Shown here piece after piece: positions 16,683 to 30,798 of a stretch of 64,000 nucleotides of DNA (positions within the stretch are counted from its first letter, which is position 1; each line of letters begins with the position of its first letter). This stretch comes from Trichoplax adhaerens (taxonomy: Eukaryota; Animalia; Placozoa): positions 3,805,172 through 3,869,171 of the forward strand of contig NW_002060945.1 of assembly GCF_000150275.1 (NCBI RefSeq), written 5' to 3'. A program made the position numbers and the translations under genes. The notes beneath the pieces were generated by a model that was given only the letters and a program-made list of their open reading frames with translations, had not been told where the DNA came from and did no database searches.

Positions 16683-19600
16683 ATGGAAAATGAAATGATT
16701 GAGATAGAAAATTTCTCCGATCAATGCGATGAATTCAACGATTTCCATTCTCAAGATGATATTAGCGATGATGATTGGCAAGGAATATTAGATGATAATA
16801 ATGATACAAGTAATACCAAATTATCCGATAATACCCAAGAGAGTGGTAATTCTGCCAAGCAACAACTTAGCGACAAAATTGCTATGGCTCGCATGGGACT
16901 AAACGATAGCAAAGCTGGCATGACTGGATTAGATAAACAAAAAATCAATCGGATCATCTTAGAAGCGACTAAAGGCTCGCGCTTTTATAATAATGAAATG
17001 AGAAAAGAGAAACAAGCAACGGAAAGAGTTACACGACTAAAAGCAAAATTAACCAAGATAACACAAGCGCAAAGATTAGCTGCACTAGATGAATTGAAAC
17101 GTATGGAAAATCAGTTAGAAACTACCCGAGATTTATCTCGATTTATTGTCCATGTCGATATGGATGCATTTTACGCTGCTATTGAAATAAGGGATAATCC
17201 TAGTCTGGCCGATAAACCCATGGCAGTAGGTGGTACTGGAATGATGGTAAGATGAGTAAAATAGAACTCTAAATTTAAAAATTTCCACGTTTTATCCCTT
17301 GTATGCCATCTTCAATTCATTGACGGTATATTTTACAGCTTACCTCCAATTATATTGCACGTCGATATGGAGTTCGAGCCGCTATGCCTGGTTTCATCGG
17401 TAAAAGACTTTGCCCAGATTTAGTCTTTGTTAAACCTAATTCTGCCAAGTATGCACAAGCTAGTAAAGAAGTCAGAGCAATTTTAGCTGAATATGATCCG
17501 AATTTCGCATCAGTCAGCTTGGATGAAGCTTACATGGATTTAACGGAGTACTTGGAAGGTAGAAAATGTACTTTCCCTAGCAGCCATGTTGAATTTACCG
17601 TTCCTCAGCAGGATTTAACTGAGGATATGTTAAAGATTCTTAATGAAGGTTTATTAATTATATTATTGAGCGTTTAACGTTGCTAAAATTGTACTCTATC
17701 ATCTTAGATGTCAAGATTTAAATTAATGCAGAAGGTATTTTATTTATTTATTTCAGGAAATCATCTTTTACCATTAGATAACAAGGAAAATGATCAAGTT
17801 GCCCCTCCAACTGTTGATGGCGTTGATAGTTATAATAATTGTTCGTCTAATTCATCAATTAGAAAAGTATCGTTTGGTCATACCATAGAAGATGTCATGA
17901 GAGAAATTCGATTTAAAATTAATCGAAAGACAAAACTTACAGCAAGTGCTGGTATAGGACCCAATAAAATGCTAGCTAAAATTTGCTCTGATTGGAAGAA
18001 ACCTAATGGACAATTTAAAGTAGAATTTACTCGAGATAAAATAATAGAATTTATGCGACAACTTCCGACTAGAAAGGTACAGCATTGATTAAATTTAAAA
18101 TCTTTCATCTACATGGGAGGATCAAGACCGTCACTAAATACTTCAACTCTTACTGTTATCTTTAATATTTCCTTAAGATTTCAGGTATCGGCAAAGTCAG
18201 TGAGAGATTACTAAATGAGATTGAAATTTCGAACTGCAAGGAACTCTATGATAAAAGAGATTTGATTTATTTGCTATTCTCCAATGTATCAACAAAGTTT
18301 TTCTTAGCTGTTGCAATGGGCATCGGATCCAATGAAGTTAGTAGGTAAACAGAAACTAATTCTTTTCGCATTAACTGGCTTCTGGAACGCTCGAAGGAAT
18401 CCTTTCAAAGAAATTCAATCATACATCATACTAATGTTTTGCTTTTTCCTTTTTTGCATCTTAAGCAAAAATTATCAAAGAAAAAGTATTAGTTGTGAAA
18501 GGTATTAACAAATCTCTAATAATTAATGAATTAATTAGAATCACTGCGATCGAACATTTTTCGTAGCATTACGTGTATCGTTGTTTATGAATTATAGTAA
18601 CTGACAGTCAGTGATGAATTATTATGTGATGCTAGTTTGCGTAATATACATGTTATAGACATATTGTAAAAGTCTATTACCCTACTCATTGCACAAACTA
18701 TATTAAATATTCAATTGACACTATAGGACATTTGGAGAAATTAGTAGATTAGCAGACATGCTCGTTAAATGCCAGAAACTATGTGATAATCTGGCAAACC
18801 ACATGAAGAAAGAGAACATTACGGTAATTGCTGGAATGAACTATGTGTACTTTAACTCAATGTAGAGTGCGATATAACATACACATGTATCGATTATAAA
18901 AAAACAAGGATATTAGCATTGGCCCCAAGTATAAAGTCACTTTCTTCATTACTCGCTTGCTAAATTTACCTATCCATAAATTTTACGTATACGATTTTTT
19001 AGGGTCGATGTTTAACTGTGAAACTAAAGACCGTTGCATTTGAGGTTAAACAACGCTCAGTATCGCTAAAACACCACACAAATTCTACAACTGAAATGTT
19101 TAACATTGCATCAGAAGTTATTCGGTCAGAACGTTTAGCTTGCCAACCCGAAAGACTTCGTTTACGATTGATGGGAATCAAAATGTCCACGCTAAAACGT
19201 CATGAATCGGATGAAAAATCTATACAAGATACGTTAACACGTTACTTTAACAAATACGATGAAAACTGCTCGCAATCGCAATCGACAATAAATGAAGCAA
19301 GTAAGAGTTTTATCAACATAGAACAGCATAAATTAGACGAAAAATCTAAGCTAGACAAAGTAACTTGTTACTTTAGTAAATACGACGAAAATAGCTCGCA
19401 ATTGCAATCAACAATGAAGGAAGCAAGTAAGAATTGTGACAACATGGAAAAGGTTACTTGTCCTGTATGCGACCAATTCTATGTTTACAAATCTGATGAA
19501 ACATCGTGGCTAGCGTTACTAAATTCTCACATAGATACTTGCCTTCAACAGCCTGAAACTATGAAACCATCTCAATCACATAACGACTCTGTAGGAAGTT

Positions 19601-19713
19601 CAAAAGGAAAAGGTGTTAAGCGACGTAAGCTACAACATAATCGTATGCAGCCTACTACTGGTAATAAAACACTTCATAATTTTTGGCAAGCAAAAGATAA
19701 TACGCACCAATAA
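16683..19713 (+). CDS. POLK: DNA polymerase kappa (Y-family, DinB), multi-exon
   Basis: N-clasp [33 protein letters not shown]; [13 protein letters not shown]; SLDEAY; [19 protein letters not shown]; RKSISCER; LRLMGIKMS; UBZ CPVC..HIDTCL; C-terminal PIP-like KTLHNFW. Confidence 0.96.
19210..19449 (+). repeat. In-frame 126-nt (42-codon) tandem duplication in the POLK last exon
   Basis: [32 protein letters not shown] vs [32 protein letters not shown]. Confidence 0.9.
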
Positions 19714-21096
19714 ATTGTACTTTACTGTAATTTATTATCCTATTACTGTCAGTAACTTTGATTCTAGCATGCATTTATTATACCATCTTTTCAGAACATT
19801 GTAATATATTTCTAATTCATTACGGCTACTATTGATCTACACCTACAGGATTGTGCGATACTTGTTTAGGAGTCGAGAGCTATAAAATGGACATTTCGGC
19901 TTGTATTTAATTATGATTGTTAGTTTCTTATTTGTTGGGCATGTTATCATACCCCGTGAATATTTGCCATTCATTTAAGTCAATTAGTTTGAATCAGCTA
20001 CCAACAGCAAGAAGTTCAATTCTTACGATACCACTATGGTGGTTTATTATATGCATATGCTCGTGTACATAATGTAAATAGTTATGACTTCAATACATAA
20101 TCGATTCTATTTGCTCAATACTTGAAATTTTCTCTGTATAGCAGACTGAGAAAATATCATAAATTTAATGGTTTCTAATATCATAAAGTTGTGTAGCTAA
20201 TGGAGATTACTGTATAAATACGTATAGTATTTTTATATTCCGATTAATACAATTATACGTAACGTATATCATTTTTAATAAAAAGACATTCCGATTACTT
20301 GATGTTTTCCTTAAAACACAATTACAACTTTAAGACTTAAAGGCTACAATTGGCCAAGTATTTATTACGAATGATCCAATGCCTTTTAAGTGGCAAGTAA
20401 TTAAAGAAATTGTCTACCCTAGATCTAAAATAAATTGATAGAGCATTGCATTAGCCCGTATTCGTGAAATTATCTTAGAAAGGTTTATTCATGATATTTC
20501 AGAGTCATGTAAACTCTTAAACAGAGTTGATCCAAATATTCGATAAATAGCATAAAGTCTATCTATGAATTTAATTAATTAATTTAATACAAGTTACTCC
20601 GCATAATTTGCGTTAGGTTTAATTATTTTAGTAGATTAACGCATTCTTCCTTCCAAAATATATAACCCAGTCTGATACTTACCTATAGGCACGTTAGGTT
20701 TTGTCACCACTTCTTAAAATAGCTCTTTTTAAAAGCATACAATCACTTCACATTCCGCCCAAAATTACAATTTAACGTGAATAAGAAGGTATTTATAACA
20801 TTGATAACCGATAGTAAAAATATACATTTAATATATATAATTATATACACATAAATGTCAAACGAATCTTTAAAATTAAAACTATTAGTTTAGGTAATTC
20901 CTAAATGGTATTATTATTATACAAATAAACCTAATGAATAGTATTTACAGAGTGCTTATAGTGATAATTGAGGTTCTATAGAAATGGACAAAGTATTTGC
21001 GCGTTTCAGTAACAAATTCATACAGATTTACATTGTTCATATTCACTTGTTTAGTGATCATGCATTGAGTACACTCATACATTGTATAAAAATCAT

Positions 21097-23195
21097 TTAT
21101 ACTTTACGGTTTGCTCCATCGTATTCACTAGAAGTTTCTTTACAAGCATTACTAGATGGATCCATCAGCATTTTTTTCACAACATCTTTACTATGATGTA
21201 CCACAGCACCGCATGCCAATTGCATGTCACACATAGCACGCAGTGGCTTTAACAAAGCCTATGAAGCAAAATGAAAAATTAATTTAAACACATTTGCGAA
21301 ATAGACGCAATTTTAACCGACATTATATAGCGAATTAGAATACTGATCCAAGACCTCTTTAATATGGTGGTCATTTTCCAAAATTTCTAAAGAAAGTGCC
21401 ACTGCTTCTATGGTTGATACGCAAGTCACATTGGGTTGCGTTCTGATTACGAATTTACTGATCTCATCGTCTACAAGTTTAACCTGCAAGAGTAAGCCCT
21501 TTCTTTAATTAATATGTACGTGGCATTACATTTCTTATATACTGTATAGATGGTATCGTTAGCTATAATTTTTGAACATACAGTATACAAATGTATCGTC
21601 GTATAGCCTGATAACTCTATTCAAGTCTACCACGTGTATAATATATTAGTGCCTATCGATTTTTATTTAGTTTTTATTTCTATACTGACCTGAATGCATC
21701 TCTTTAGAAATTCATTTCGGTGCATGATTGTGCGCGCTTCGTTCCAAGTGCCATCAATAACAAATAAGTTAGTTACCTTTAATTCTTGGCAACTTAATTG
21801 CTTAATACCTATAGCTATAAATGAAGGATATTTAATGTTACTCATCAATTAAAATATATACACTTCTTAAAATTTATGCAAGCAAGGTCAGTCAGTTAGA
21901 TAACAAAAGATATCATCAACAAGCTTGCAGTATCGTATTATTGCAGGGTTATCACAACTCTATACACTTCTATATATTCATTTAAGGAGATTTTAGAAGC
22001 ATCTAGTGATTTGTTAAATAGCAAACTAACCTTGAGAACTAGGATAAAGTATGGCAGTTGATGGGGAAGATGCAATCTCAGCCAGTTCGGTTAACCTGTA
22101 AAACGATTCTATGCTATTATACTTTTACGGGTACATTTACTATTCGTATTATCGGATCACTCATTTTGTGTTAAAAGCACAGTATGCAATACACTATCCA
22201 TTTGTACAACATCAGATCATAGCATGGAGTAATCTGATATCGTAGAGCAATATTTTTTTATATGAGGTATAGTGTATTCAAGTCATAAGAGTAACTGGGA
22301 AAACTTACCGATTCCTTGTAAATCGTATACCACGATATACATGCACACTATCTTTTGCCAATGCAGCTGTTAATATTGGTACGGTTGTCAATCTTCGCTT
22401 TTGCTGTTTTTTAGAAATAGTTGTATACGTATAGGTACAAAATATGATGGCTGTTTAATAAGATTATTTAACGTTTATCTACGTCTTTAAAAGGAAGAAA
22501 TTGATATTTATTCACTAAATTGTCATTAATCAATCATACGTATTGCAATTGCAGACCTCGCGTGGATGTTGCAAAATACGGATTTTGACTGAAGTTTCGA
22601 TTGGTTTGGCTGGCAGATAACTGCATAAGCACGTTCGAGCTGGACGACTAGATCAACAAATCGCAATACATTTTAATGCACAACCACGCTATCTGTAGTC
22701 GATTTTATCGGCTATAATTGCAATTGCAATCAGAGATGCAATTGCATCAGAATAATACTATTATCAACATCATCCACAAATTAATAACATTACAGGGCAG
22801 AATATCTTTAGTAAATACAGTCGGACGAATGATTAGCAATTTCCTTCATGATATTTTCACCTTCAATCAACAATAGCGGAAGTTCATACTAAGAGCAGAT
22901 ATAATTTTAAATTGAATACCCAAGTCCACAAGCAAAGAAATTTTCAAATGTTGAAAATTACCGTCTCAGTGATGTTTACTATAAAATTATAATTCTTATC
23001 CTTGATATTAATTTCCCCATATCAATATCATCCTATACTAAACCACTTGCTATTCTTTATTGGCTGCACTAGTATCGTAACATCTAAATGTACTACTCAC
23101 TTGCATCGAGCACATTCTTCACGGCATTTATCGCTACTCTCTTCTATAACATAGCCATTTAAAAATTCATCATATGTCTCATCCTCTTCCGCCAT
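21097..23195 (-). CDS. DTWD2: DTW-domain protein 2, tRNA-uridine aminocarboxypropyltransferase, multi-exon
   Basis: CARCK|.RPARTCLCSYLP; ILQHPRE; LFVIDGTWNEA (DTW motif); FVIRTQP..CVSTIEAVA; LLKPLRAMCDMQLACGA. ATG 23195, stop 21097-21099. Confidence 0.92.
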
Positions 23196-23459
23196 TGAAG
23201 CATACGCAATCTCACTATTTCAGTATTACACGTCACTGTATGAGATCAGTTATATTTATGAGCGAGCCTTTGGTATTTAAATGTGCCAGTCAGCACCTTG
23301 ATTTCCAGTAATCAATGTTGATCGTCTTGCTGTAAATAACCAAAGCTCTAAAGCGATCATATAAAGTATAAAGTTGCGGGAATATGCGCGATTTTGGATA
23401 ATATTTTGATGCTTTTCTGCAGCAGGGCTCGCTGTGAAGCATAATAATATGCTGAGCTT

Positions 23460-23535
23460 TTTCTTATATACTATAGTATACTGCACGTCTATGGTGTGAA
23501 TGTACACTATTGTACAGTATCACACACTGTATTAC
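23460..23535 (-). promoter_or_regulatory. Small ACAGT-type island upstream of DTWD2
   Basis: TGTACAGTA, CACTGTA and TACTGCAC clustered ~270-340 bp upstream of the ATG. Confidence 0.4.
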
Positions 23536-24842
23536 CATGGTAAAAATATACGGTGGTACGCGAGCTGTATGCTGCCACGCCCGCACAAACACACTGTGCT
23601 CAATTTTCCATAAAAATCGTATTAAAATGCAATCTTTGATGCACGTTATCCAATTATTATGATAATATTAATTACCAATATAGAATCGCAGATATAAGCA
23701 TCAAGGTATTCGCTACTTTTATCGACCTGTTACAAGTGACTGATGCTAAATACTACTAATTAACTAAAATGACCGATTATGTGTATGTGTAATATTCGCG
23801 TTTACGCGTACGAGTACAGTATATTCTCGTATGTTATGGTTAACCCCACTCGTTCTGACTAAAAATCTTGATTTCAATAATAACATATAATGAAAACTAT
23901 ATTCCAGATATTAAAGATGAAAGTCATATCATTTAAAGCAGTATTTTTCACTGTATATGATGATATAGATGAGGGTAATAATTTCGTAACATTTAAACAT
24001 TATTTCTGGCATAGTCCAACTTCGGGTTTGTCTGTAACTTAATATAAGAGTATATAATCAATAGGCCTAAACCATGATTTTAGCTACTGAGGGGTCGTGC
24101 AATTCCGAAAACTTCAAAAATATTTAGCCAGTAATATTCACTGAAAATCACTGCTGATACGTCTTATCCTCGATGCTACATAATTTTCAGGTAACTTAAT
24201 GAAATATAAAACATCTAATTATCTAAATACGTACAGTATCATACAGTGCAATTATAAGCAGAAAACTTTAAACTGATGCTTAAATCAGTTAAATGTATTT
24301 AGTAACTCCTTGTGTATACCGGTACAGTATTGTATTGCTGGCTTAAGGATTCTAACTTACTTGGTCAGCATTGACAGTATTTGACACATTGATAAATGAA
24401 AAACTTGATGTTAAAAAGTCTTACAGCTTGTAATTGGAATGTAACTCAACTGATTTTTATTGCGTAGTGGCATACAAGTATAAGATATGATACAAGAAGA
24501 TTTAATTATGCCATACCAGTTTTAAAAATAATTATTTCGTGCAAAATTGGTAATCATGGTACCACTCGTAACTACGACAAAGAATAGCCTTCATAAACTG
24601 CCATGGTGTGACCGCAGTTGATCGATAAAATATCTCTACACATCGCATTACCCACTAGTCACATCATTGAATTAAGATAACTGAAGTAATATTAAAACGA
24701 TTTAATGTAGTAAGGGATAATGTACGGTACAGCAACTCCTGCCTTTAGTAATCTGGGTAATGGTACAAAATCCAAACTATGGTAACGATTGATTAACGAC
24801 TTACAAATCTTACTAATCGCTTAGTATAATACACTTGTAATA

Positions 24843-27800
24843 TTAAGATTTATCTCTTCTACGGTCAGGAGATAAACGTCTTCTGTCGCGATAATTAAAG
24901 TCATCCCTTCGTTTTCTTCGAGGTGACGCGCTGCGGCTTCTACTGAAAATATAATAAATGGTCATAAACAATCTTAATAATAGTCAAGTATTGGAAACAA
25001 ATAATTCGAGGACATGTATAGATAGCTGGCTTATCGTGTCATAGTAATGAGTTTTTTACAGCTGAATTACCGTTCATTCTTTTGCTCGTAGTATCCACCT
25101 TTCTTTCTTGCAGCATTAGCTATGTAATCAACAGATTAACCTTTAAGTGAATAGTATATTATCAAATCTATAGGTGGATCAAAGAAAATACTGTTCCTAC
25201 CTGAGTCTTCAGAGCTACCACTAGACGAAGATGTCGATTCCGAACTCGAATCAGAATCGGAGTCTGAATCTGAATTGGAATCTGATGAACTACTGTCATC
25301 ACTTGATTCAACAGCTCTTTTTTGAGCCATTATTAGCTTCGGAGCGTTCTTTAAGTGTGCTCTTAACTCATCACTGATTTATAAAACGTATGCAAATAGT
25401 TGTTATTAATTACGATATTAAAAGCATAAGAGTTGATATTTTACAGCTATTAATAGGCTTACGTTAATGCACCAAGGCCAATTGAGGTAAAGAAATTGAT
25501 AGCAAATCTAGTATAACTTGGATTATTTCGTGGAAACAAGCCTTCAAAAAATTCAGCTAGTGTCCTAAAGCGGATTAATACGATAAATTGTATAAAATGC
25601 ATAATACCAATTGCGAAATTTTATAATTGTATTAGGGTAATAATCGATAACATTACTTACTCATCTCTGAAACGCTTATTTAATTTCATGATACCCATGT
25701 ATTCAGATAATTCTTGCAATAAAATCTTTGCAAATATTCGACTACAGTTGAGTATAAGTAACGATTTTAGCGAAAGTATAATAGCGAAAAGATACTCAGA
25801 ATATGGCTTACCTTGATGATGTAGTTTCGTCTTCATTTAGATGAATGCAGGACAAAGCCTTTGATTATAATATTAGTAATTATGATATCGTATTTTCACA
25901 TTTAGTATCAATGTTACTTTCAAAATAATAATTCTTACCGTCCAAGGAATAGCATCCGTAAAAAATAGATGTGCAAAAAACTTTACCACATTTCGCAATT
26001 TATTAGTTTCCAACCTATGGCAATTTTCGTACTAAAATAAGAGAGTACCGTAAATAATTGAATTGATTCGTTGATAAACAAGTACAGCTAACATATAATA
26101 GCAATTTGATTCTAACTTGGTCTTGGAATATCTCGTCGTATAGTTCAACATAGGTTTTGTTTAACTGACAAAATCTCTGAATCAAAATATTTTATAAAAA
26201 TCACGTTAATAAATGTAAAAGGTTTTCTTTAAAAGCAAGACTTCTCTTACTTGTGCTAGTAAGCCGTACATCCTGAGATACGAACGCTCCTGGGCACAGC
26301 AGTCTATAATCATACTGCATAGTTCTTTCTAGAATTGACACAAGGTCGTTTTTAGTCGCATAGGCATTATCCTTATTTGCGAAAAATTAATTAAATAGTT
26401 TAACCTCCTGCCCCGGTTTTATCTCCATTTTCAATAATTTATGAGCACATTCTTCGAAATCCAAACTAAATTAGAAAAGTAAAATCACTTAAAATTTTGA
26501 ATTATTACCTTCACAGAAATAATCTCTACCTGGACTGTATGGTAAGATAAATATTCCTCCTTAAAGCCACCAAATTTGTCTCGGTCTGATCCAAAATCAT
26601 CTTATCATCTACGTATTTATTCATTTATAAAATTTTTCTAATAAATGTACTAAAAATTGCAAATGAATCACGTTACGAAGACGTAACAGTACCTTTTTCT
26701 TCTTCTTCATCATCGTCATCATCATCGTCCGATTCCTCGTCGCTTCCACTAGCGGACGATCCATCATCGTCATCACCTAGTATACCTAATTTTAAAGCAA
26801 CACGAACATGAGAGTATGCTACTACAATTCACGGCAGCTTCACGGTTGCTTATTAAGCTTACCTTTTCGTAATACCTGATACCGTTCTTCATTCTGTAAA
26901 TAGTCTGGATCAAACTTGAAAATATCTAAGAAATGCAAAACCGCGCTTAATAAAACTTTATATCTATATCATAGCTTTATCTTCTCGCAATTGCCAATAT
27001 ACTTAGTATATTTTCTCCATCAGCGGCGTCATCGAGAGATAGAAAATGTGTGATTTGATCGGACTCTTCAACTAACACCAGCTCTTCAATTACAGTTGGA
27101 TAATCCTATTGATGTATGATACGGTCTTTAAAACATAACTTCAGTAGCAGTAGTTACAGAGAGAAAGTTAGAGTACCTTAAAATCGTCTTTCCTAATGGC
27201 AAATAGCACTTCTATCATATATTGGACGCGTTTTCCTATATCACTGTCTTGGATAATACTTCTAAAGCGATCGAAAATTCCTACAGATGTTCAATAAAAT
27301 TACTGTTACCTACTGAAAATTCTATAAATTTGTCAATTAATATCTTTTTGATATAAATTACCTCTAATTCCTGTTGGCGATAGTTCACCCAACTTTTTTC
27401 CACATTCCTTAATAACACCAACCTAGTATTCATAATGAGATCAGGATAACGTTATCTGTCAAGATGATTTTAAGAATTTTAACAAATCCAGATACTTACA
27501 GCAACTTCAACACTATCTTCGGTTGGATTTTCTAAAAATACAGTCAGTATCTCGAGGATAACCAATTCATGAATCTTATCATGACAGAAAATAGCAATTA
27601 TGTTATCGATAAATCAATTAACGGTCAATTTCACAATCATTCCGATACGGTTAACATAATTGACACGATATTAACACTTACAACTTGTTGGTTAACCAAA
27701 TGCGCTAAAAATTTAGCAGTTGTAAGACATGTGGCTTTATCGCCTCTTTTCATTGTTCTTTTAAACTGAATTAGTAATCTCTTCAATAGCAACTCTCCGA

Positions 27801-29525
27801 TTTGTGGAAACTATAAGTTTTATTGCATATGGGAGCGATATAATTATTGCAATGAGTGCTCGATGCATAAGAGTATTAATATACTTTATGTGTAAAATCA
27901 CAAAGAAAGTCAGCTTACTTTCGTATTAATTACTGCAACCAATGCTGCATAAACATGAGTAAAAGTAGGAGATGCAGCTTGAGCAGTTATAACTGATCTA
28001 GCTAATAGGCCCCTATAAAAAATAAATAATACATGTTTACTTGTTACAGCACAAACACGCGTACAGTTTATAATCTTCTGCGAATAATAGTAACGTACCT
28101 TCCGCGAACAATATTCTCCTTGAATAATTCTCTTATTATATCAGACATATTGCCAACGTTGACCTATATCAAATACCCGTAGTCATTATAATATGAGCTC
28201 ATTGCAATAGGCAAAGCAATGTTAAATCCTTTACTAACTTTGTTCACCAAGCCATTGATACTCTTCTTTAGGGCTTCCCAGCTCAATCTTTGATAGTTTT
28301 CACTACGAATGAAAGTCCATGAAGGAATGTTATTAACTGCATTGATATTCTAATCTGTTTGTATCTATAAGTAATCACTTCAAATTTATTTTTTTACCTG
28401 CTCTTATCAGTAATTTGCTCCTGCATCATGCGAAGTCTCGCAGGTGGAATGTAAGCACCACCTGTATAAGAGAAATGGTCCATGATGAAACAGAAAGAGC
28501 GCTACTATTTTCAATACAGAGCTATTATACATGTATAGTATCGTAAGGATGGGATATTGATGTTTATGCGCATATTTTTATGGAAAGGCATGAGGAAAAA
28601 AAGGAAGCGAGGCCACTTACCAGTCCTACTGGTTAAAATGTCTTTCTTTTCATTTGTTTCTTTCGGTTTCTTATGATTATTATCCCTATCATCTATTATA
28701 GGATCATTTTTCATTTCTTCTTTCCGGGAATGATCACTTACATATCTATCACCCCTGCAGAAGGAAAATTTAAATTAATTTCTTCATTGCGATCTTCATG
28801 GATAGGACAAGTACTTGTCGATTGATCCCTCACCGTCGTCTATCTCGGTCACTATGCCTATCTCGTCTGTCTTTGTGGTCATCTCTATTTCTATGTCGAT
28901 CATGTCTGTCTCTTCGTCTATCAGTGCAATTTTATGCAAAAAAAATTATTGCAGTTTTATGTTTTATACAAATGCATACATTTTACAGATACGTATATCA
29001 ATAACATTACAGTACACGCAATTTACGTCAGTAATTCAAAATTCACGCGGCAATTAACGAATTCTATGCACATTTTCATACGTGCATCGCTGTAAATAGC
29101 ATATTAGTAGTAAAAGTACCGTGGAGATCTCGAGCGGCTTCTTGAGCGTCTCCTTCGAGGTGATCTGGAGCGTTCCCTATGTGAACGCTTAGATGCGGGA
29201 CTATGTTCTCGTTTACGATCCTACACATGTACGTTAAATATCAAAATGGTATCTTTGCCTAGGTATCTTATTACTGTACACTATAATTATGAAATGATTC
29301 AGAAGTGGCTTAAATTGAATTGAAAATGGCTATCGAAATTAGGAGTACAGGATGAATCATGTAGGAGTACCTTTACATTTGCCTCACGGCTATGTTCTGG
29401 AGTAGCGCTACTGTCTTCAGTACTAGAATGAAGTATGGTAGGAAAAATGAGCATTAAACTTTGACGTTTTCTGCGAAAATTTCTATATTTAATTGAGGAA
29501 AGCAATTGCAGTACCTGGAAGGCAT
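24843..29525 (-). CDS. CWC22: Pre-mRNA splicing factor CWC22 (RS-rich N-terminus, MIF4G, MA3), many short exons
   Basis: TSRT|[14 protein letters not shown]; [19 protein letters not shown]; [16 protein letters not shown]; [12 protein letters not shown]; [16 protein letters not shown]; Ser-rich and RS tails. ATG 29525 (MPS), stop 24843-24845. Confidence 0.96.
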
Positions 29526-29609
29526 CTTGCTTGTGATAGCTGTAGCAGCTGTACAATGGAGGAACTACTGTACCAATTGACACTTTAGTAAGTTATAGTA
29601 TGAGGCAAT

Positions 29610-30430
29610 ACACTACATACAGTACAGTACAGTAGGACGGTATCAGCGAATTGATTACTGGACATCAGATTTACTTGACATGCTTAAGGACTAAAAGGTA
29701 AGTTACTACAGTCCAGTCTGCCAGTCAAAGCTTTCTCTACAGTACTGTAGAAGTCGCTGACAGTACAGTACAGTACTGTACAGTACATACTGTACACTGT
29801 ACAGTATGTACTGTACACTACAGCGGATAGTAAAGAGTTGATCGAGAGCAGACTCGGAAAACTTGCCACAGACACTTTACCGCATAAAATAAAATCAATT
29901 AATTAATTAATTTTAGCTGTACTGTACAGTATTAGGATTAAATGCTACAAAATATTTAATCCCCCCTCGTACTATCAAATCTATATTGATATTGTTTTCG
30001 TCCTATACTACTGTACATTGTACTGCGGTAAATTATATTATCCCCGTCAATTTGTCTTAGACCCATCCAGAGACTATCGTCTACCTCCATCACGGGTTGT
30101 TGTATTAATTAATGAATCGATACTATAAACCATGGAGGTAAAAAATCGACTGAGTACGGTTACTGTGTGTGTGTGTTGTTGCTCTATTCTCAGCTCTTAA
30201 TACTTCTTGACTCCTGTTTCTCTGATCTGCAATTCTCATATTTCAGCTGCATGAAAATAAATAAACTCCTATCACTTACAGTACTGTACTGTATTTTTAA
30301 GTCCTCGGTATAGTCGTATTGACTGTCTCTACATCTACAGTATACAGTATTACAGTGTATAGTGACTATACTGTACAGTACAGTACTGTACACTGTACAG
30401 CTCGGCGCCATTCGTACAGTACAGTACAGT
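29610..30430. promoter_or_regulatory. Divergent promoter region CWC22/WDR93 with ACAGT islands (~29610-29830, ~30270-30430)
   Basis: Dense ACAGT/TACTG blocks between head-to-head genes. Confidence 0.65.
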
Positions 30431-30491
30431 TCGTAGAGTCAGCTGTCAGTGGAATCAGTTCGGACTTCCAATATTCTAGCTCCGGTATATG

Positions 30492-30505
30492 GTTGCCATA
30501 GTGAT
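30492..30505 (+). promoter_or_regulatory. RFX X-box-like site GTTGCCATAGTGAT
   Basis: 13 of 14 positions match GTTNCCATRGNRAC; lies just upstream of the ciliary gene WDR93. Confidence 0.6.
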
Positions 30506-30798
30506 GATCGGTAAATGATGCTGAAAGCTAGGTCTAATTTCCAGTTTAACTGAACTGACTTTTGATTGATCACTTACCCAAGAGTATTGTTAATAGTAAT
30601 CTGTAACTGTCGTAACGAAATCTTATATCCTGCAAAAATACTTTTATTTCACAAATTGAAACATAGAGTCAAGATATTGCTTAATATTACTATACTGCGG
30701 ATACTTAATCATTACAATAAAATAGTTTAATTTACACGTTACTAATATACCCTTGTATAGACTTTAAATTGTTGTTACATTCTACCCAACTAAAAAGA

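Noticed and set aside
28480-28489. CATGATGAAA, identical to the start of the Drosophila P TIR
   Set aside because: Ten-base match in AT-rich DNA, with no second arm or duplication; chance.
29684-30501. Short ORFs rich in STVLYCTV/QYSTV (also 15388, 35878, 36238, 44410, 63725)
   Set aside because: Translations of ACAGT/TACTG repeats, not proteins.
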